In this document: positions 1-10,891 of the stretch, one piece after another
Layout: the number at the start of each line of letters is the position of its first letter
Numbering within the stretch: position 1 is the stretch's first letter
From: Candidatus Cloacimonadales bacterium
GTDB taxonomy: Bacteria; Cloacimonadota; Cloacimonadia; Cloacimonadales; JAIOQZ01
Length of the DNA: 64,000 nt
Direction of reading: 5' to 3'
Assembly: GCA_963674825.1 (NCBI GenBank)
Contig: OY771587.1
Location: 2,560,001 to 2,624,000 of the forward strand
The notes under the pieces: model-generated
Told to the model about the DNA's origin: nothing
The model's database searches: none
Seen by the model: only the letters and a program-made list of their open reading frames with translations
Made by a program: the position numbers and the translations under genes

Positions 1-1277
1 TGATCGACTTCTCGTGGCGTGTCGTGAATAAATGCCTGGGCCGCAAGGAAGTATCCTTTTTGCTTGTAACGTTCGGTGACGCGCAGCGAAAGGAAAGGCT
101 TTACCACACTCGACTGATAGAAAGGATAAAACACCGGGAATCCTCGGCCGAAGTAGTTTGGGCCGGTATGGAACTTGCGTTTGGGGTTATCCAGCGACCA
201 TCGTTCTGCGATGGCGGGGAGTTTGTCACCCGGTAACAGCTCGAGCGATTTGGCGACCTGTTCTTTTAGCAGTGCGGTGAAATCACGCGAAGAATGCGCC
301 GTATTGTAAAAGGCTTTCCATGTGAGATACGCAGCCAGCTCTTCACGGTTGTTCATCTCCATGATTTCGTTGGTCAGCGCGTTCCCTGCTACCCAGTTAC
401 CGCCATGCCCAGTTATAACCACTCTATTGCCGTCCTGCATTCGGTTGCTTGCGATCCAGCCCGATTCCTGCGGTACGCTTCGTCCGTGGAAGCCATACTC
501 GACCAGCCGCATGATGCGCGATTCGGTGTAGGCGGGTTTTGCAGAAACGCTGTCGAAGCTGATATTGCGGTGAAGGGTCTTGGCCTTGAGAGCGAGCTGT
601 GCAGCTGTAAGCATGTCCGGTTCGTCCTCGAGTCCATAGGTGAAGGTTTCGAGTCGGATTCCTTTGCGTAGCGCGTCGGATAGCACAAGGCGTGAATCGA
701 GCCCGGCGGTAAGCGCAAGGTCGTAGCATGCATCGGGATCGTCGAGGATCGGAAGCAGGTTGTCGAATGGCGATTGGTCGGGAAGCTCATTTCGGTCGTG
801 CGACACCGCATTATCAGACCATACGTGCTTGGTAAGCTTGCGGTTCAGCCTATCGAAGCAGTACAAAACGCCGGGCATGCACTCCAGCACGCCCTGATAG
901 GCGGTACGGTCACCAACGGTTATCCCTCCTGCGAGAAGCGTGCACCAGGAGGCGTCGTTCAGGCGGAGGTCGTCTCGATGTTTCCATGGGTTGAAGAATA
1001 TCTCCAGCCTGTCCTCGAAGCGATAGAATAACGGCAACAGCCCGTAGCGATCTGTGCCGAAGTAGATGTTGTCGCCATCGTCTTTCATCACGAAATGGAA
1101 CATTCCTTCAACTTCCGAAAGCCACTGTATGGGGGGCTCTCGATGGGACAGTTCCTGGAATTTCGATGTTGCTGCGTCACCGTGATAGAGTCGGTTCCGG
1201 TGAACCAGAGTACCCTCGAAAACACAGAATGATTCGGTTACATATAGCGGTATAGCCTTTCCGCTTGAATGGATCAT
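1..1277 (-). CDS. Asparagine synthase (AsnB)-related ATP-dependent amidoligase, partial (runs off window start; absent from ORF track)
   Basis: Manual translation from ATG 1277 (RBS GGAGAGGA) is open to position 1: MIHSSGK...GTDRYGLLPLFY (cf. DRFGxKPLYY)...LALTAGLDSR (PP-loop, cf. LSGGLDS)...VITGHGGN...VFYPFY. Confidence 0.8.
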   Translation of the reverse strand, partial: MIHSSGKAIPLYVTESFCVFEGTLVHRNRLYHGDAATSKFQELSHREPPIQWLSEVEGMFHFVMKDDGDNIYFGTDRYGLLPLFYRFEDRLEIFFNPWKHRDDLRLNDASWCTLLAGGITVGDRTAYQGVLECMPGVLYCFDRLNRKLTKHVWSDNAVSHDRNELPDQSPFDNLLPILDDPDACYDLALTAGLDSRLVLSDALRKGIRLETFTYGLEDEPDMLTAAQLALKAKTLHRNISFDSVSAKPAYTESRIMRLVEYGFHGRSVPQESGWIASNRMQDGNRVVITGHGGNWVAGNALTNEIMEMNNREELAAYLTWKAFYNTAHSSRDFTALLKEQVAKSLELLPGDKLPAIAERWSLDNPKRKFHTGPNYFGRGFPVFYPFYQSSVVKPFLSLRVTERYKQKGYFLAAQAFIHDTPREVD

Positions 1278-1293
1278 ATCCTCTCCGTTACAT

Positions 1294-1320
1294 GAAAATA
1301 AGGGTGAGCGAACTCACCCC
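1294..1320 (-). terminator. Intrinsic terminator after metK
   Basis: Minus strand GGGTGAG-TTCG-CTCACCC hairpin followed by TTATTTT. Confidence 0.75.
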
Positions 1321-1370
1321 TAACGAAATTATCTGACGTAGCAACAATCAACATCCAGAAGTTGATGGTT

Positions 1371-2546
1371 CTACAGTTTACTCAGCAGTTCTTTGACCTT
1401 GTCGGTTTTTTCCCATGTGAATTGCGGAAGCTCGCGTCCGAAGTGGCCGTATACCGCCGTGAGCTGATAAATCGGCCGGCGAAGCTTGAGCTGCTCGATG
1501 ATATCTTCCGGGCTGAGCGGGAAGATCTCGCGAACCACTTTGACAAGCTGTTCATCCGATACCTTACCTGTATCAAATGTGTTGATCATGATGGATACAG
1601 GTTCTGCGACGCCGATCGCGTAAGCAAGCTGTACTTCGCATTCGTTTGCCAACTCGGCTGCGACGATGTTCTTTGCGATATAGCGTGCCGCGTAGGATGC
1701 GCTACGATCAACCTTTGTCGGGTCTTTACCGGAGAACGCACCGCCGCCGTGGCTGCCTTTGCCGCCATAAGTATCGACGATAATTTTACGTCCGGTGAGT
1801 CCCGTGTCCGCGTGCGGTCCGCCAAGCACGAATTTTCCGGTTGGGTTGATGTAGAACTTGGTGTTCTTATCGATCATTTCCGCCGGGATAATCGGCTTGA
1901 TAACGTGCTCGATCATGTCCGCCTGAATCTGATCATGCGTCGCTTCCGGGTTGTGTTGGGTCGAGATTACGACGGCTTCCACGCGATGGGGCTTTCCGTT
2001 GAGGTACTCGATACTGACCTGTGATTTTCCGTCGGGACGAAGGTATTTGATCTGCGGTGGGCAGTCTTTGCAGCCTTTGCGAACGGCTGCAAGATGCTTA
2101 ACCAGCTTGTGTGCCAGCATGATGGGCATCGGCATGAATTCAGGGGTGTCGTGGCAGGCATAGCCAAACATCATGCCCTGGTCTCCAGCGCCGATCATGT
2201 TGTGGGTAGAGGTTTTATCCACACCCATTGCGATATCGGGTGACTGTTTGTCGATCGTGGTGATGACAGCACATGTTTTATGGTCGATGCCGTAATCGGC
2301 ATTGTCATATCCAATCTTCTGGATCGTCTCGCGTACGATCTCCGGGATATGTACGTAGCAATCGGTGGAAATTTCTCCGCCGACCAGCGCCATACCGGTA
2401 GTGAGGAATGTTTCGCAGGCGACCCTTGCGTATGGGTCTTTCGCGAAGATCGCGTCAAGAACCGCGTCTGAAATCTGATCCGCCATTTTATCCGGATGCC
2501 CTTCGGTTACGGATTCAGACGTGAAAAGATGCTTTTCGTCCTTCAT
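1371..2546 (-). CDS. metK: S-adenosylmethionine synthetase
   Basis: [19 protein letters not shown] and [16 protein letters not shown] motifs; 391 aa. Confidence 0.99.
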   Translation of the reverse strand: MKDEKHLFTSESVTEGHPDKMADQISDAVLDAIFAKDPYARVACETFLTTGMALVGGEISTDCYVHIPEIVRETIQKIGYDNADYGIDHKTCAVITTIDKQSPDIAMGVDKTSTHNMIGAGDQGMMFGYACHDTPEFMPMPIMLAHKLVKHLAAVRKGCKDCPPQIKYLRPDGKSQVSIEYLNGKPHRVEAVVISTQHNPEATHDQIQADMIEHVIKPIIPAEMIDKNTKFYINPTGKFVLGGPHADTGLTGRKIIVDTYGGKGSHGGGAFSGKDPTKVDRSASYAARYIAKNIVAAELANECEVQLAYAIGVAEPVSIMINTFDTGKVSDEQLVKVVREIFPLSPEDIIEQLKLRRPIYQLTAVYGHFGRELPQFTWEKTDKVKELLSKL

Positions 2547-2556
2547 GGGCTTCTCC

Positions 2557-3579
2557 TTATATGTTGCTTTTCAAGTAGTTGATATAGTTTATTGCCGTTG
2601 CGTTCGTGTCGTTCAGGATCGCCAGGTAGTAGCTGATCATGTCGCCCAGATAAATCAGGGAGAACATCTGCTCCATCAATGTTTCTCCTTCGGCATAGAA
2701 GACCATCGATGGTACCGAGTCCCGGGTGAACAGATCCTGCATGGCGCGAATTCGTTTTAAATATTTCTCATCTTCCCGCATGTCCTGCAAGAAGATAGGC
2801 AAGAGATTCTTGCGAAGTTTTTCTGATTCCCACCCTTCGATTTCATTGTGGTTCATCTCGGGTAGCGTGTGGCTGAAGGCGGGAATTTTCGCGTTTTCAT
2901 TGAGCTGACATTTCCAGCGATACGCCACTGGATTCAGCTTCGGGTTTGCCGAATAAACCACCGGGATCTTCCCATCGAGGTCCATCGCGGCCTGTTTGGC
3001 GAAATTATATTCCTGATCGACACTGGTAGCAATTGCGCCGGCTTTCTTGATCAGCATCGCGATAACACTTTTGACAGCTGCCTCCTGTGGCTCGATCAGC
3101 TTGAAAGTCTCCAGGATACGGATCGCTGAAAAGAAGAGGTACGCGATTGCGGCTCGTGGAGGGTAACCGTCCTGTACCTTGACCCACAAGTCGTTGGGAA
3201 GAAGCGCTGCCTGGAGCGAACCGCCGGTCGTAATTGCTGCGATATACGCGCCCTTTTTGCGAGCGATATCCACGCAAGAGAGGGTTTCCTCGGTGTTACC
3301 CGAATAGCTGATGGCGATCAGCAGAGTCTGATTATCGACGTAGTTGGGTTGATAATCCTTGATCACTTCGACGGGGAAAATGCTACTGAAAAGGGCGGCA
3401 ATCAGGTCGCCGGTTATAGCGGAGCCGCCCATGCCGCTTACGACGACACGGTTAATATTCTCTGGTGCCTGAAATGCTTCCGGCAACCGGATATCGGCGT
3501 TATGATACGCCTTGATCACCTGCTCGGGCAGATGAATGATGTTTTCGTACATTGAATCGTTTGTGTTGAATTTACTCAA
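2557..3579 (-). CDS. Bifunctional phosphoglucose/phosphomannose isomerase (SIS-fold PGI/PMI)
   Basis: [33 protein letters not shown] and [10 protein letters not shown] motifs. Confidence 0.92.
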   Translation of the reverse strand: MSKFNTNDSMYENIIHLPEQVIKAYHNADIRLPEAFQAPENINRVVVSGMGGSAITGDLIAALFSSIFPVEVIKDYQPNYVDNQTLLIAISYSGNTEETLSCVDIARKKGAYIAAITTGGSLQAALLPNDLWVKVQDGYPPRAAIAYLFFSAIRILETFKLIEPQEAAVKSVIAMLIKKAGAIATSVDQEYNFAKQAAMDLDGKIPVVYSANPKLNPVAYRWKCQLNENAKIPAFSHTLPEMNHNEIEGWESEKLRKNLLPIFLQDMREDEKYLKRIRAMQDLFTRDSVPSMVFYAEGETLMEQMFSLIYLGDMISYYLAILNDTNATAINYINYLKSNI

Positions 3580-4943
3580 AGTATCTTTCCTTTCTCCGCT
3601 TTGGATTTCATGAATGCCTCGATGTCAGCTCTGCGTTGCTCGAAGCCCTTCTTGCCCATCATGGCGTAGGTGGCGATCTTGCCTGCTTCCACGCCCGGCT
3701 GGTCCAGCGGATCGATATTCAAAAGCTTGCCGGCGAATACGGTCTGCACCTCGTACATGAAGATGAATTCGCCCAGATGGTACTCGTCCAGTGTGGGGAA
3801 GAGGATAGTGCAGTTTGGACGCCCAGCGTCGGTGAGTGCGATCTCGGTCGCCTGACGTTCCACGTTGAGCAGGTGGCTCAAGCTCTGGCCTCCGAGGTAG
3901 TTGACTTCATCGCGTTCGGGATAGATGCCCGGGATCTCATAGTCCCAGGTGAATTTTTCCAGTCCGAGGAAGGTGGTTACCTTGTCGTTCGGACCTTCCA
4001 CGTAGAGCTGCACCTGTGAGTGCTGATCGGTTGTCCCCAGCGCTTTGACTGGTGTTTGGCCGGTGAATACCTTGTTTCCGTTCAAATCGTTCATCTTACC
4101 GAGGCTTTCCGCCCAAAGCTGGCGATACCAGTCTGCCATGTCATAGAGCGGATTGGAGTAGGGCATCATCACGGAGATGTTCATTCCCTTCTCCATGTAG
4201 AGCACATGCAAGAGCGCGTTGAGATAGCCTGGATTCTTCAGCACATCGTCGTTTTCGCACCGCGTGCGCATGGCCTTGGCTCCGGCGAGTAACTTGTCGA
4301 TATCGATACCGACAAACGCCGACGAGACCAGTCCTACATCGGTAAGGACGGAGAATCTTCCGCCCACGTTGCCCGGAACCTCGAAGTCGCGGTATCCTTC
4401 CTTTTTGATAAGCTGTCGCAGGAAACCTTTTTCGGCATCGGTGGTGACAACCACATGTTTTTTATACTTCGGGCCGAATACATCGCGAAGCATGTTGAGC
4501 ACAATCAGGTACGTGCTCATCGTCTCAGCGGTCGTTCCGCTCTTGGTGATTACGTTGAATAGTGTACGTGGGAGCTCGACCTGATCCAGGATATCTTTCA
4601 TCATATAGGGATCGACGTTGTCCGCGATAAAGAGTTTGCGATCAAGGCCCTTCTCCGTCTTGAGGGCGGTATAGAGCGCACGGTTACCAAGCGCGGAGCC
4701 ACCGATTCCCAGCACGACCATCGTGTCGAATTCTTCGCGAACCTCATCGACGAACGCGCGGATTTTGCTGGTGTCGAAATCGGGTAGTTCATAGAAGCCA
4801 AGAACGTTGTTCTTGCGGTCTTCCAATATCTTGCGGTGCGCGTCTTCGCAACGGGCACGGCTGTTTTCTAATTCTTCCGGCTTGATTCCGGTCTGGATTT
4901 TATTGGAATATAACAGGTGGGTGTAATCAAATTTTAATGCCAT
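3576..4943 (-). CDS. pgi: Glucose-6-phosphate isomerase
   Basis: GIGGSALG, KSGTTAET, VGGRFSVL, QLWAESLGK, DQHSQVQ and DQPGVEAGK motifs. Confidence 0.96.
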   Translation of the reverse strand: MALKFDYTHLLYSNKIQTGIKPEELENSRARCEDAHRKILEDRKNNVLGFYELPDFDTSKIRAFVDEVREEFDTMVVLGIGGSALGNRALYTALKTEKGLDRKLFIADNVDPYMMKDILDQVELPRTLFNVITKSGTTAETMSTYLIVLNMLRDVFGPKYKKHVVVTTDAEKGFLRQLIKKEGYRDFEVPGNVGGRFSVLTDVGLVSSAFVGIDIDKLLAGAKAMRTRCENDDVLKNPGYLNALLHVLYMEKGMNISVMMPYSNPLYDMADWYRQLWAESLGKMNDLNGNKVFTGQTPVKALGTTDQHSQVQLYVEGPNDKVTTFLGLEKFTWDYEIPGIYPERDEVNYLGGQSLSHLLNVERQATEIALTDAGRPNCTILFPTLDEYHLGEFIFMYEVQTVFAGKLLNIDPLDQPGVEAGKIATYAMMGKKGFEQRRADIEAFMKSKAEKGKIL

Positions 4944-6657
4944 ATTTCTCCCTCCATTTCACAATAATCTTTTTAACATTTTTCGATGTGATCTGATCGA
5001 GAATATCCAGAACCAGCTCCACAAGGACACAGGAATCGATCTTGCTGATAAATTCCTTGATGGTGAGAACCGAGCCCGGATTGACGCTGAGTTCGGTGAT
5101 GCCGAGACCAAGCAGGATTGGGATGAAGTCGCGATCCGAGGCCATCTCGCCGCAGACCGATACAGGAAGGTTGTATTTCCGTGCATTCTGGACGATCAGC
5201 GTGATCAGATGCATCATGGCTGGGTGATAGGGGTTGTAGTAGTCTGTAACATTTTCGCTGGTACGGTCCACAGCCAGCGTGTATTGAATTAAATCGTTGG
5301 TTCCGATGCTGAAGAAATCGCAGTGCTGCGCGAGCGTGTCGGATATCATAGCCGCGGATGGTACTTCGATCATCACGCCCAACTTGATATCGTCGTCGAA
5401 AGGAATCTCGTTTTTACGCAGTTCGTTCATACACTCGTTGATATGTTGTTTGGCGCGCAGGAGCTCATCCAGACTGGATACCATGGGAAACATGACGCGG
5501 ATATTGCCGTAATGGCTCGCACGCAAGATTGCCTTAATCTGCGCGTGAAACATCTCCGGGTGGCGAAGCGAAAGCCGTATGCCACGACAGCCCATATTGG
5601 GATTGTCTTCATGTCGGAGGTTGATCAGATTATGGAGCTTGTCTCCTCCGATATCGACAGTGCGTACAATTACCGGTTTAGGGTTAAGCTCTTCCGCGAT
5701 CATTTTATAGATCTCGAACTGCTCATCCTCGGAAGGAAGCTCGTTATCGCTGATATACAGGAACTCGGTGCGGAATAGCCCGATACCATCGGGATTAATG
5801 CGCTTGACGTGCGCGAGTTCGTCCGGCAGCTCGATGTTGCAGCGGAGATTGACGCGGACACCATCTTTGGTTCGAGAAGGTAGATCGACCAGCTTCATCA
5901 GCTCCAGGGAACGGTGCTTTTCCTGCTCGATCATATGCTTGTATAGCTCGATCTTCTGGTCGGTTGGGGTGATGATCACTTCGCCGGAATAACCGTCGAT
6001 GATCACTTCATCACCTTGGCCCGTAATTTTACGTATGCCTTCAACGCCCACCACAGCCGGGATTCCCAGCGCTCTGGCGACAATCGAGCTGTGCGAAGTA
6101 CGGCTGCCGATTTCAGAGATGATACCGGCGATGCCCTGTTTGGCTACTTTTGTCAGCAACGACACGGGTATTTCTTCTAGAATCAAGATCGTGTCCTTGC
6201 TCAGGTTGCTCATCATGTCTTCTTCGTATCCCATCATATGTCCAAGAAGACGATTCGCGATCTCGCGGTAGTCGGAAACCCGTTCCGCGTAATACTCGTT
6301 ATCCATTTTCTCGAAGATACCAATGGCATAGGAGAAATGTTTGTGGACTGCATTTTCGAGCCCTATAAGCTCTTCCTCCAGAATGCGGACAACGTTTTTC
6401 CTCAGCTCCGGATCCTGCAGGATGAGCTTATGGGAATGGAGGATTTCCTTTTCGACATCCGAGAATGAGAATTCATTGATCAGTCGATCGATATCAGATA
6501 CTACTTTCTCAATAGATGCTTCCAGCCGTGCGATCTCTTTTTCAATTCTCTGCTTCTCGATACGTCGTTCGGGTATCGTCATCGGCCGGCTTTCTTTAAG
6601 AGCCGCTTTTCCGATAGCAATACCCTGGGAAACGCCCAGTCCTTTCAAAGTCTGCAT
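4927..6657 (-). CDS. ptsI: PTS enzyme I (PEP-protein phosphotransferase)
   Basis: GSRTSHSSIVAR (phospho-His), GLFRTEF, RTVDIGGDK and SIGTNDLIQY motifs. Confidence 0.97.
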   Translation of the reverse strand: MQTLKGLGVSQGIAIGKAALKESRPMTIPERRIEKQRIEKEIARLEASIEKVVSDIDRLINEFSFSDVEKEILHSHKLILQDPELRKNVVRILEEELIGLENAVHKHFSYAIGIFEKMDNEYYAERVSDYREIANRLLGHMMGYEEDMMSNLSKDTILILEEIPVSLLTKVAKQGIAGIISEIGSRTSHSSIVARALGIPAVVGVEGIRKITGQGDEVIIDGYSGEVIITPTDQKIELYKHMIEQEKHRSLELMKLVDLPSRTKDGVRVNLRCNIELPDELAHVKRINPDGIGLFRTEFLYISDNELPSEDEQFEIYKMIAEELNPKPVIVRTVDIGGDKLHNLINLRHEDNPNMGCRGIRLSLRHPEMFHAQIKAILRASHYGNIRVMFPMVSSLDELLRAKQHINECMNELRKNEIPFDDDIKLGVMIEVPSAAMISDTLAQHCDFFSIGTNDLIQYTLAVDRTSENVTDYYNPYHPAMMHLITLIVQNARKYNLPVSVCGEMASDRDFIPILLGLGITELSVNPGSVLTIKEFISKIDSCVLVELVLDILDQITSKNVKKIIVKWREKYGIKI

Positions 6658-6923
6658 TATTCCTCGTCGAATCTGGTCTCGAACAGGTGATCGATCTCCT
6701 GGATGAGGTATTCTTCATCCGGGCCGTGAGCCCAGAGCTTCAGCTCTGTGCCACGCGTCGCGGCGAGTGTCATGACACCCATGATGCTCTTGCCGTTGAC
6801 TTCCATGTCATCCTTGATAATCTTGAAATCCGAGCGAAACTTGTTCGCTGTCTTAACAATAAGCGTGCATGGTCTGGCATGCAAGCCCAGTTTATTTTGT
6901 ACGATCGTTGTTTTTTCTGTCAT
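6657..6923 (-). CDS. ptsH: Phosphocarrier protein HPr
   Basis: GLHARP (His15) and GKSIMGVM (Ser46); 88 aa. Confidence 0.97.
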   Translation of the reverse strand: MTEKTTIVQNKLGLHARPCTLIVKTANKFRSDFKIIKDDMEVNGKSIMGVMTLAATRGTELKLWAHGPDEEYLIQEIDHLFETRFDEE

Positions 6924-6960
6924 CCCGATACTGCTTTCGATCCTGATTTCAGGTCAATCT

Positions 6961-7908
6961 TTATTTCCTCATCGCGAGGGTTTTTTGTCTGATTTCTTCC
7001 TGGAGGCGTCTGGTGTACGCTTCCGCCGCGTCATAACCGAAGCTTTTGAGGATATGGTTCATCGCGATTACTTCGATAATCACGGAGACATTCTTTCCGG
7101 GTGATACCGGAAGATAGATCACGGGAATATTCACTCCGTGGTATCCGACATAATTGTTTTTCAAGCCGATACGCTCGTAGTCCATGCTGTCGCGCCAGGG
7201 CATCAGCTCCACCTGTACCTCGATCTGCTTGCTTTGTCGAACCACCTGAATACCGAACATACGCTCGATATCAATAATGCCAACTCCACGCACTTCCATG
7301 AACCAACCCGCGTCACGAGCAGGCGTGCCGATAATGGTGTCGTTGGAAAGCGCGATCTTGACCAGATCGTCCGCGATCAACCGGTGACCGCGTTCTACAA
7401 GGTCCAGTGCACACTCACTCTTTCCGATACCACTTGCACCGGTCAGCATCACGCCCACCCCGAAGACATCGACCAGCGTAGCATGGATGGTCTTCTTGGG
7501 CGCGAAAAACTCGTTCAGGTAGCGGTTCAGATTGTTGAACAGCTTCTCTGTTGTGAGCCGGCTGGAGAGCAGCGCGATGTTCATCTCGTTTGCCAGGTAA
7601 TCGATGTGATGCGGTACTGTGAGACCTTTGGTGACGATAATGCATGGGATGCTGTACTCGAAGATGGTTTTGATGCGCTCGTAGAGAGCGTCATCTCCGA
7701 GTGTTTGCAGGAAACTGATCTCGGTTTCACCCAACACCTGAATCCGTTTGTAGGCGAATCGGTCCAGATAGCCCGAGAGGGCCAGACCCGGACGGTTTAG
7801 CTGGGAATCGGAAATCATGTTGTTCAGCGTTTTCTTGCTGCTGATCAGGGAGAGCGCAAGGTCTTTCTTTTTTCTTTCGAAGAGCTCTTTTACGGATAAT
7901 TCAACCAT
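6961..7908 (-). CDS. hprK: HPr(Ser) kinase/phosphorylase
   Basis: NRPGLALSG, Walker A GASGIGKSE, GHRLIADD and MEVRGVGII motifs. Confidence 0.97.
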   Translation of the reverse strand: MVELSVKELFERKKKDLALSLISSKKTLNNMISDSQLNRPGLALSGYLDRFAYKRIQVLGETEISFLQTLGDDALYERIKTIFEYSIPCIIVTKGLTVPHHIDYLANEMNIALLSSRLTTEKLFNNLNRYLNEFFAPKKTIHATLVDVFGVGVMLTGASGIGKSECALDLVERGHRLIADDLVKIALSNDTIIGTPARDAGWFMEVRGVGIIDIERMFGIQVVRQSKQIEVQVELMPWRDSMDYERIGLKNNYVGYHGVNIPVIYLPVSPGKNVSVIIEVIAMNHILKSFGYDAAEAYTRRLQEEIRQKTLAMRK

Positions 7909-7927
7909 AGTTCCTCGCCAGGTGAAC

Positions 7928-7955
7928 AGGTAGCCGTCCCGAAGGACGGCTGCCT
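7928..7955 (-). terminator. Strong 12-bp hairpin (UUCG loop) after hpf; partial terminator or mRNA stabiliser
   Basis: Minus strand AGGCAGCCGTCC-TTCG-GGACGGCTACCT; U-tract is weak. Confidence 0.55.
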
Positions 7956-7977
7956 ATTTATGAAGTTGAGAACGTTG

Positions 7978-8514
7978 TTACGGCATGAGAAGTTTGAAGT
8001 ACTGCTCGTCGCGTTTGACCAGAACGTTAATCCGGTCTGTCTCAACGTTTTTGAAGATCAGGTAAGGATCTTTCATCTTTTCAATCTGATCCATCGCTTC
8101 TTCCACAGTCATGGTTTCAGCGATGATACGCTTGGTCTTGATACGCTTTCTTGGATTAGAGTCGTCGCCATAGCGTTCGATGAGATCAGCTTGAACGAAA
8201 TGCAAATCTTCCTTCAATCTTTTTTTCTGGTGATCAGTCACCTTGTCCTTCAGCTTCTTGATCTGAGTTTCCATCTTGTCGATCACGGTGTCTACTGCAA
8301 GATACATATCGTGGTCTTCGGCTTCGCTCTGTAAGCTGAAGTGGGATGCGTGAAGTGACATTTCAACGTGGTTCCGGCTTCCTTCGAGGGAGAGCGTCAG
8401 ATGTACGTTGATGATATGATCGAAGTACTTTTCCAGCTTTTCACAAGCTTCTTCAACGTGGTCACGGATCGCGTTGGTCAGATCAAAGTGGCGTGCAGTG
8501 ATTGTGATTTGCAT
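7978..8514 (-). CDS. hpf: Ribosome hibernation promoting factor, long form (HPF/RaiA)
   Basis: MQITITARHFDLTNAIRDHV, DMYLAVD; C-terminal MTVEEAMDQ...INVLVKR domain; downstream of rpoN. Confidence 0.93.
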   Translation of the reverse strand: MQITITARHFDLTNAIRDHVEEACEKLEKYFDHIINVHLTLSLEGSRNHVEMSLHASHFSLQSEAEDHDMYLAVDTVIDKMETQIKKLKDKVTDHQKKRLKEDLHFVQADLIERYGDDSNPRKRIKTKRIIAETMTVEEAMDQIEKMKDPYLIFKNVETDRINVLVKRDEQYFKLLMP

Positions 8515-8535
8515 AATGTAACCCCTTTCTTTGGT

Positions 8536-9477
8536 TTATTGGAAAGAATCGGCTAATGATGTACTGCCGTCAGACCTCCTTTCTTCTATTTTCTCAACGT
8601 TATTTTCCAATGATGTTTCAACATCCTCGAACGCTTTTTCCGCCAGGTAGCTGCTGCGCACCAGAGGCGCGGAACAGACAAGCTTGAACCCCAGCTTTTC
8701 GCCCTCGACCTGGTAGTATCCAAAGGTCTCTGGCGTAACGTATTCATGCACCTGGAAATGTCGTGGCGTAGGCATCATGTATTGCCCGATGGTCACGATA
8801 TCCACCTTGTGTTCGATTATTGTCCGTAGAAGCTCGATCACTTCTTCTCGCGTCTCGCCAAGCCCCACCATGAAACCACTTTTGGTCAGCATGTCGGGTC
8901 TGATATCTTTGACACGTCTCAGGAGGTCCAAACTGCGATGAAAATCGGCCATTGGGCGAACTTGCGGGTAGAGTCGCTCAATTGTTTCAACATTGTGGTT
9001 CAAAATATCGGGTTCGGCCTCAACGACCGTCCGCAAAGCTTCTTCATTTCCTTGAAGATCCGAGATGAGCACTTCGATGGTTATGCCACGGTTCGCTTGT
9101 AATGAGCGGATAACTTTCGCGATGTGTTCCGCGCCACCGTCCGGTAAATCATCGCGAGTAACCATGGTGATCACCACGTGCTTGAGTTTCAGGACGCGTG
9201 CCGTCTCGGCTACGTGTTCCGGCTCTTTCGGATCGGGAGCGGGAAGGTTCGAAGTGGTTTTGTCCACCGCGCAGAACGTGCAGTTGCGGGTGCAGTGATC
9301 TCCAAGGATCATGAGGGTAGCGGTTCCGCGCTCGAAGCACTCGCCGCGGTTGGGACATTTCGCGCTTTCGCAGACGGTGTTCAGCTCCAGTCTGCGTAGC
9401 ATCCGTGTAATCTCGCGGGTTTTGCGCGATCCGAGTGAATCGGCCTTAAGCCATTGTGGTTTTCGAAGTTCGTTCAT
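8536..9477 (-). CDS. lipA: Lipoyl synthase
   Basis: CESAKCPNRGEC (CX4CX5C), CTRNCTFC (radical SAM) and RSSY motifs; start re-set to MNELRKPQWLK (ATG 9477). Confidence 0.97.
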   Translation of the reverse strand: MNELRKPQWLKADSLGSRKTREITRMLRRLELNTVCESAKCPNRGECFERGTATLMILGDHCTRNCTFCAVDKTTSNLPAPDPKEPEHVAETARVLKLKHVVITMVTRDDLPDGGAEHIAKVIRSLQANRGITIEVLISDLQGNEEALRTVVEAEPDILNHNVETIERLYPQVRPMADFHRSLDLLRRVKDIRPDMLTKSGFMVGLGETREEVIELLRTIIEHKVDIVTIGQYMMPTPRHFQVHEYVTPETFGYYQVEGEKLGFKLVCSAPLVRSSYLAEKAFEDVETSLENNVEKIEERRSDGSTSLADSFQ

Positions 9478-9496
9478 CTCAAATATCTCAATCCAA

Positions 9497-10891
9497 TCAA
9501 ATCTTGTGAAGTGCCATGCCCTCCAGGTCTTCAACTGCTTCCGCAACCGCTTCAGACAGTGTCGGATGGGCATAAACGATCTCGGATGCCTGCTCGATGG
9601 CGATTCCCGCTTGAATCAGGATTCCGCCCTCGGCGATAAGCTCGGTCGCGTTCGCGCCGATGATGTGCATCCCGACAATCTTGTGGCTCCTGGCGTCGGC
9701 GATCGTCTTCACGAAACCGAACGACTGCCCGATGCTGAGCGCTTTTCCGTTTGCGCTAAACGGGAACTTGCCTACAAGAATCTCACCGTACTGCTCTTTT
9801 GCCTGTTCCTCGGTGAGTCCGGCGGAGCCGATCTCGGGATGAGTGAATGTGCAGCGTGGGATGTCTGTGTATTGAATTTCTGTATGTGATACTTCTTTAT
9901 TTTCGATGCGATTGCGTATATCCTGCACCGCACGTAATCCCTGCTTGCTTGCCACGTGTGCGAGCTGCATCTTGCCGGTCACATCGCCAATGGCGTAGAG
10001 CTTCGGCTGGTTGGTGCGCATGTTCTCGTCGATTACGACGCTACCTTTGACAGTCTCCGGCTGGCAGTCGATAAATTCGATTCCCAGGTGTGGTTTGCGT
10101 CCTACGCTGACAAGCACCTTGTCCGCGGAGAGTTCTTTTCCATCGGAAAGGGTCAGGATTGCCTTGCCGTCTTCGATGCGGCAAGCTTCCACAGCTTTTT
10201 TCAGATGCACTTTGATGCCATCTTTTTTAAATGCCATAGCCAGGCGTTTGGAAACCTCTTCGTCTTCCGTATTGACCAGCCGTGGAAGGAATTCCACGAT
10301 CTCCACTTCTATGCCGAATTGATGCATGACGGACGCGAATTCGCATCCGATCACGCCGCCGCCCACAACGATCATTCGCTTGGGAAGCTCGGTCATACTG
10401 AGGATGTGGTTGGAAGAACAAACGATCTCGCCATCGAACTTCATGAAGGGAAGCTCGACAGGTTCGGAACCGGTGGCGAGGATTACGTATTCAGCCAGGT
10501 AATCCTGATCGGCGGTTATGGTATATCCATCATCAGTCTTTCGGATTGATGTTACCGCGTGATTGATCACAGATATATTCTTCTTCTTATAAATAAACTC
10601 AATACCGCCCACGAGCTGTTCGACGACCTTCTGTTTTCGATCGGCAACACTCGAATAGTCAACAGACGGATTATCGGTACGAAGGCCGTATTCTTCCGCG
10701 TTTTTCATCTCGGAAAGAAGTTCGGCGGGTTTGACCAGCGCTTTGGTGGGGATACAGCCCCAGTTAAGGCACACACCGCCCAAACGCTCTTTTTCGAAAA
10801 CGACTACATCAATTCCATGACGTTCCAGCTTCAGCCCTGCGACGTATCCGCCGGGTCCGCCTCCAATAACTGCTACCGTTGTTTTCTTCAT
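9497..10891 (-). CDS. lpdA: Dihydrolipoamide dehydrogenase
   Basis: GGGPGGY, GGVCLNWGCIPTK redox disulfide, GGGVIG and HPTLSE motifs. Confidence 0.96.
   Translation of the reverse strand: MKKTTVAVIGGGPGGYVAGLKLERHGIDVVVFEKERLGGVCLNWGCIPTKALVKPAELLSEMKNAEEYGLRTDNPSVDYSSVADRKQKVVEQLVGGIEFIYKKKNISVINHAVTSIRKTDDGYTITADQDYLAEYVILATGSEPVELPFMKFDGEIVCSSNHILSMTELPKRMIVVGGGVIGCEFASVMHQFGIEVEIVEFLPRLVNTEDEEVSKRLAMAFKKDGIKVHLKKAVEACRIEDGKAILTLSDGKELSADKVLVSVGRKPHLGIEFIDCQPETVKGSVVIDENMRTNQPKLYAIGDVTGKMQLAHVASKQGLRAVQDIRNRIENKEVSHTEIQYTDIPRCTFTHPEIGSAGLTEEQAKEQYGEILVGKFPFSANGKALSIGQSFGFVKTIADARSHKIVGMHIIGANATELIAEGGILIQAGIAIEQASEIVYAHPTLSEAVAEAVEDLEGMALHKI

Noticed and set aside
24..1031. Short ORFs listed in the track for 24-1031
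   Set aside because: All overlap the longer minus-strand AsnB-like frame, which has an RBS and family motifs
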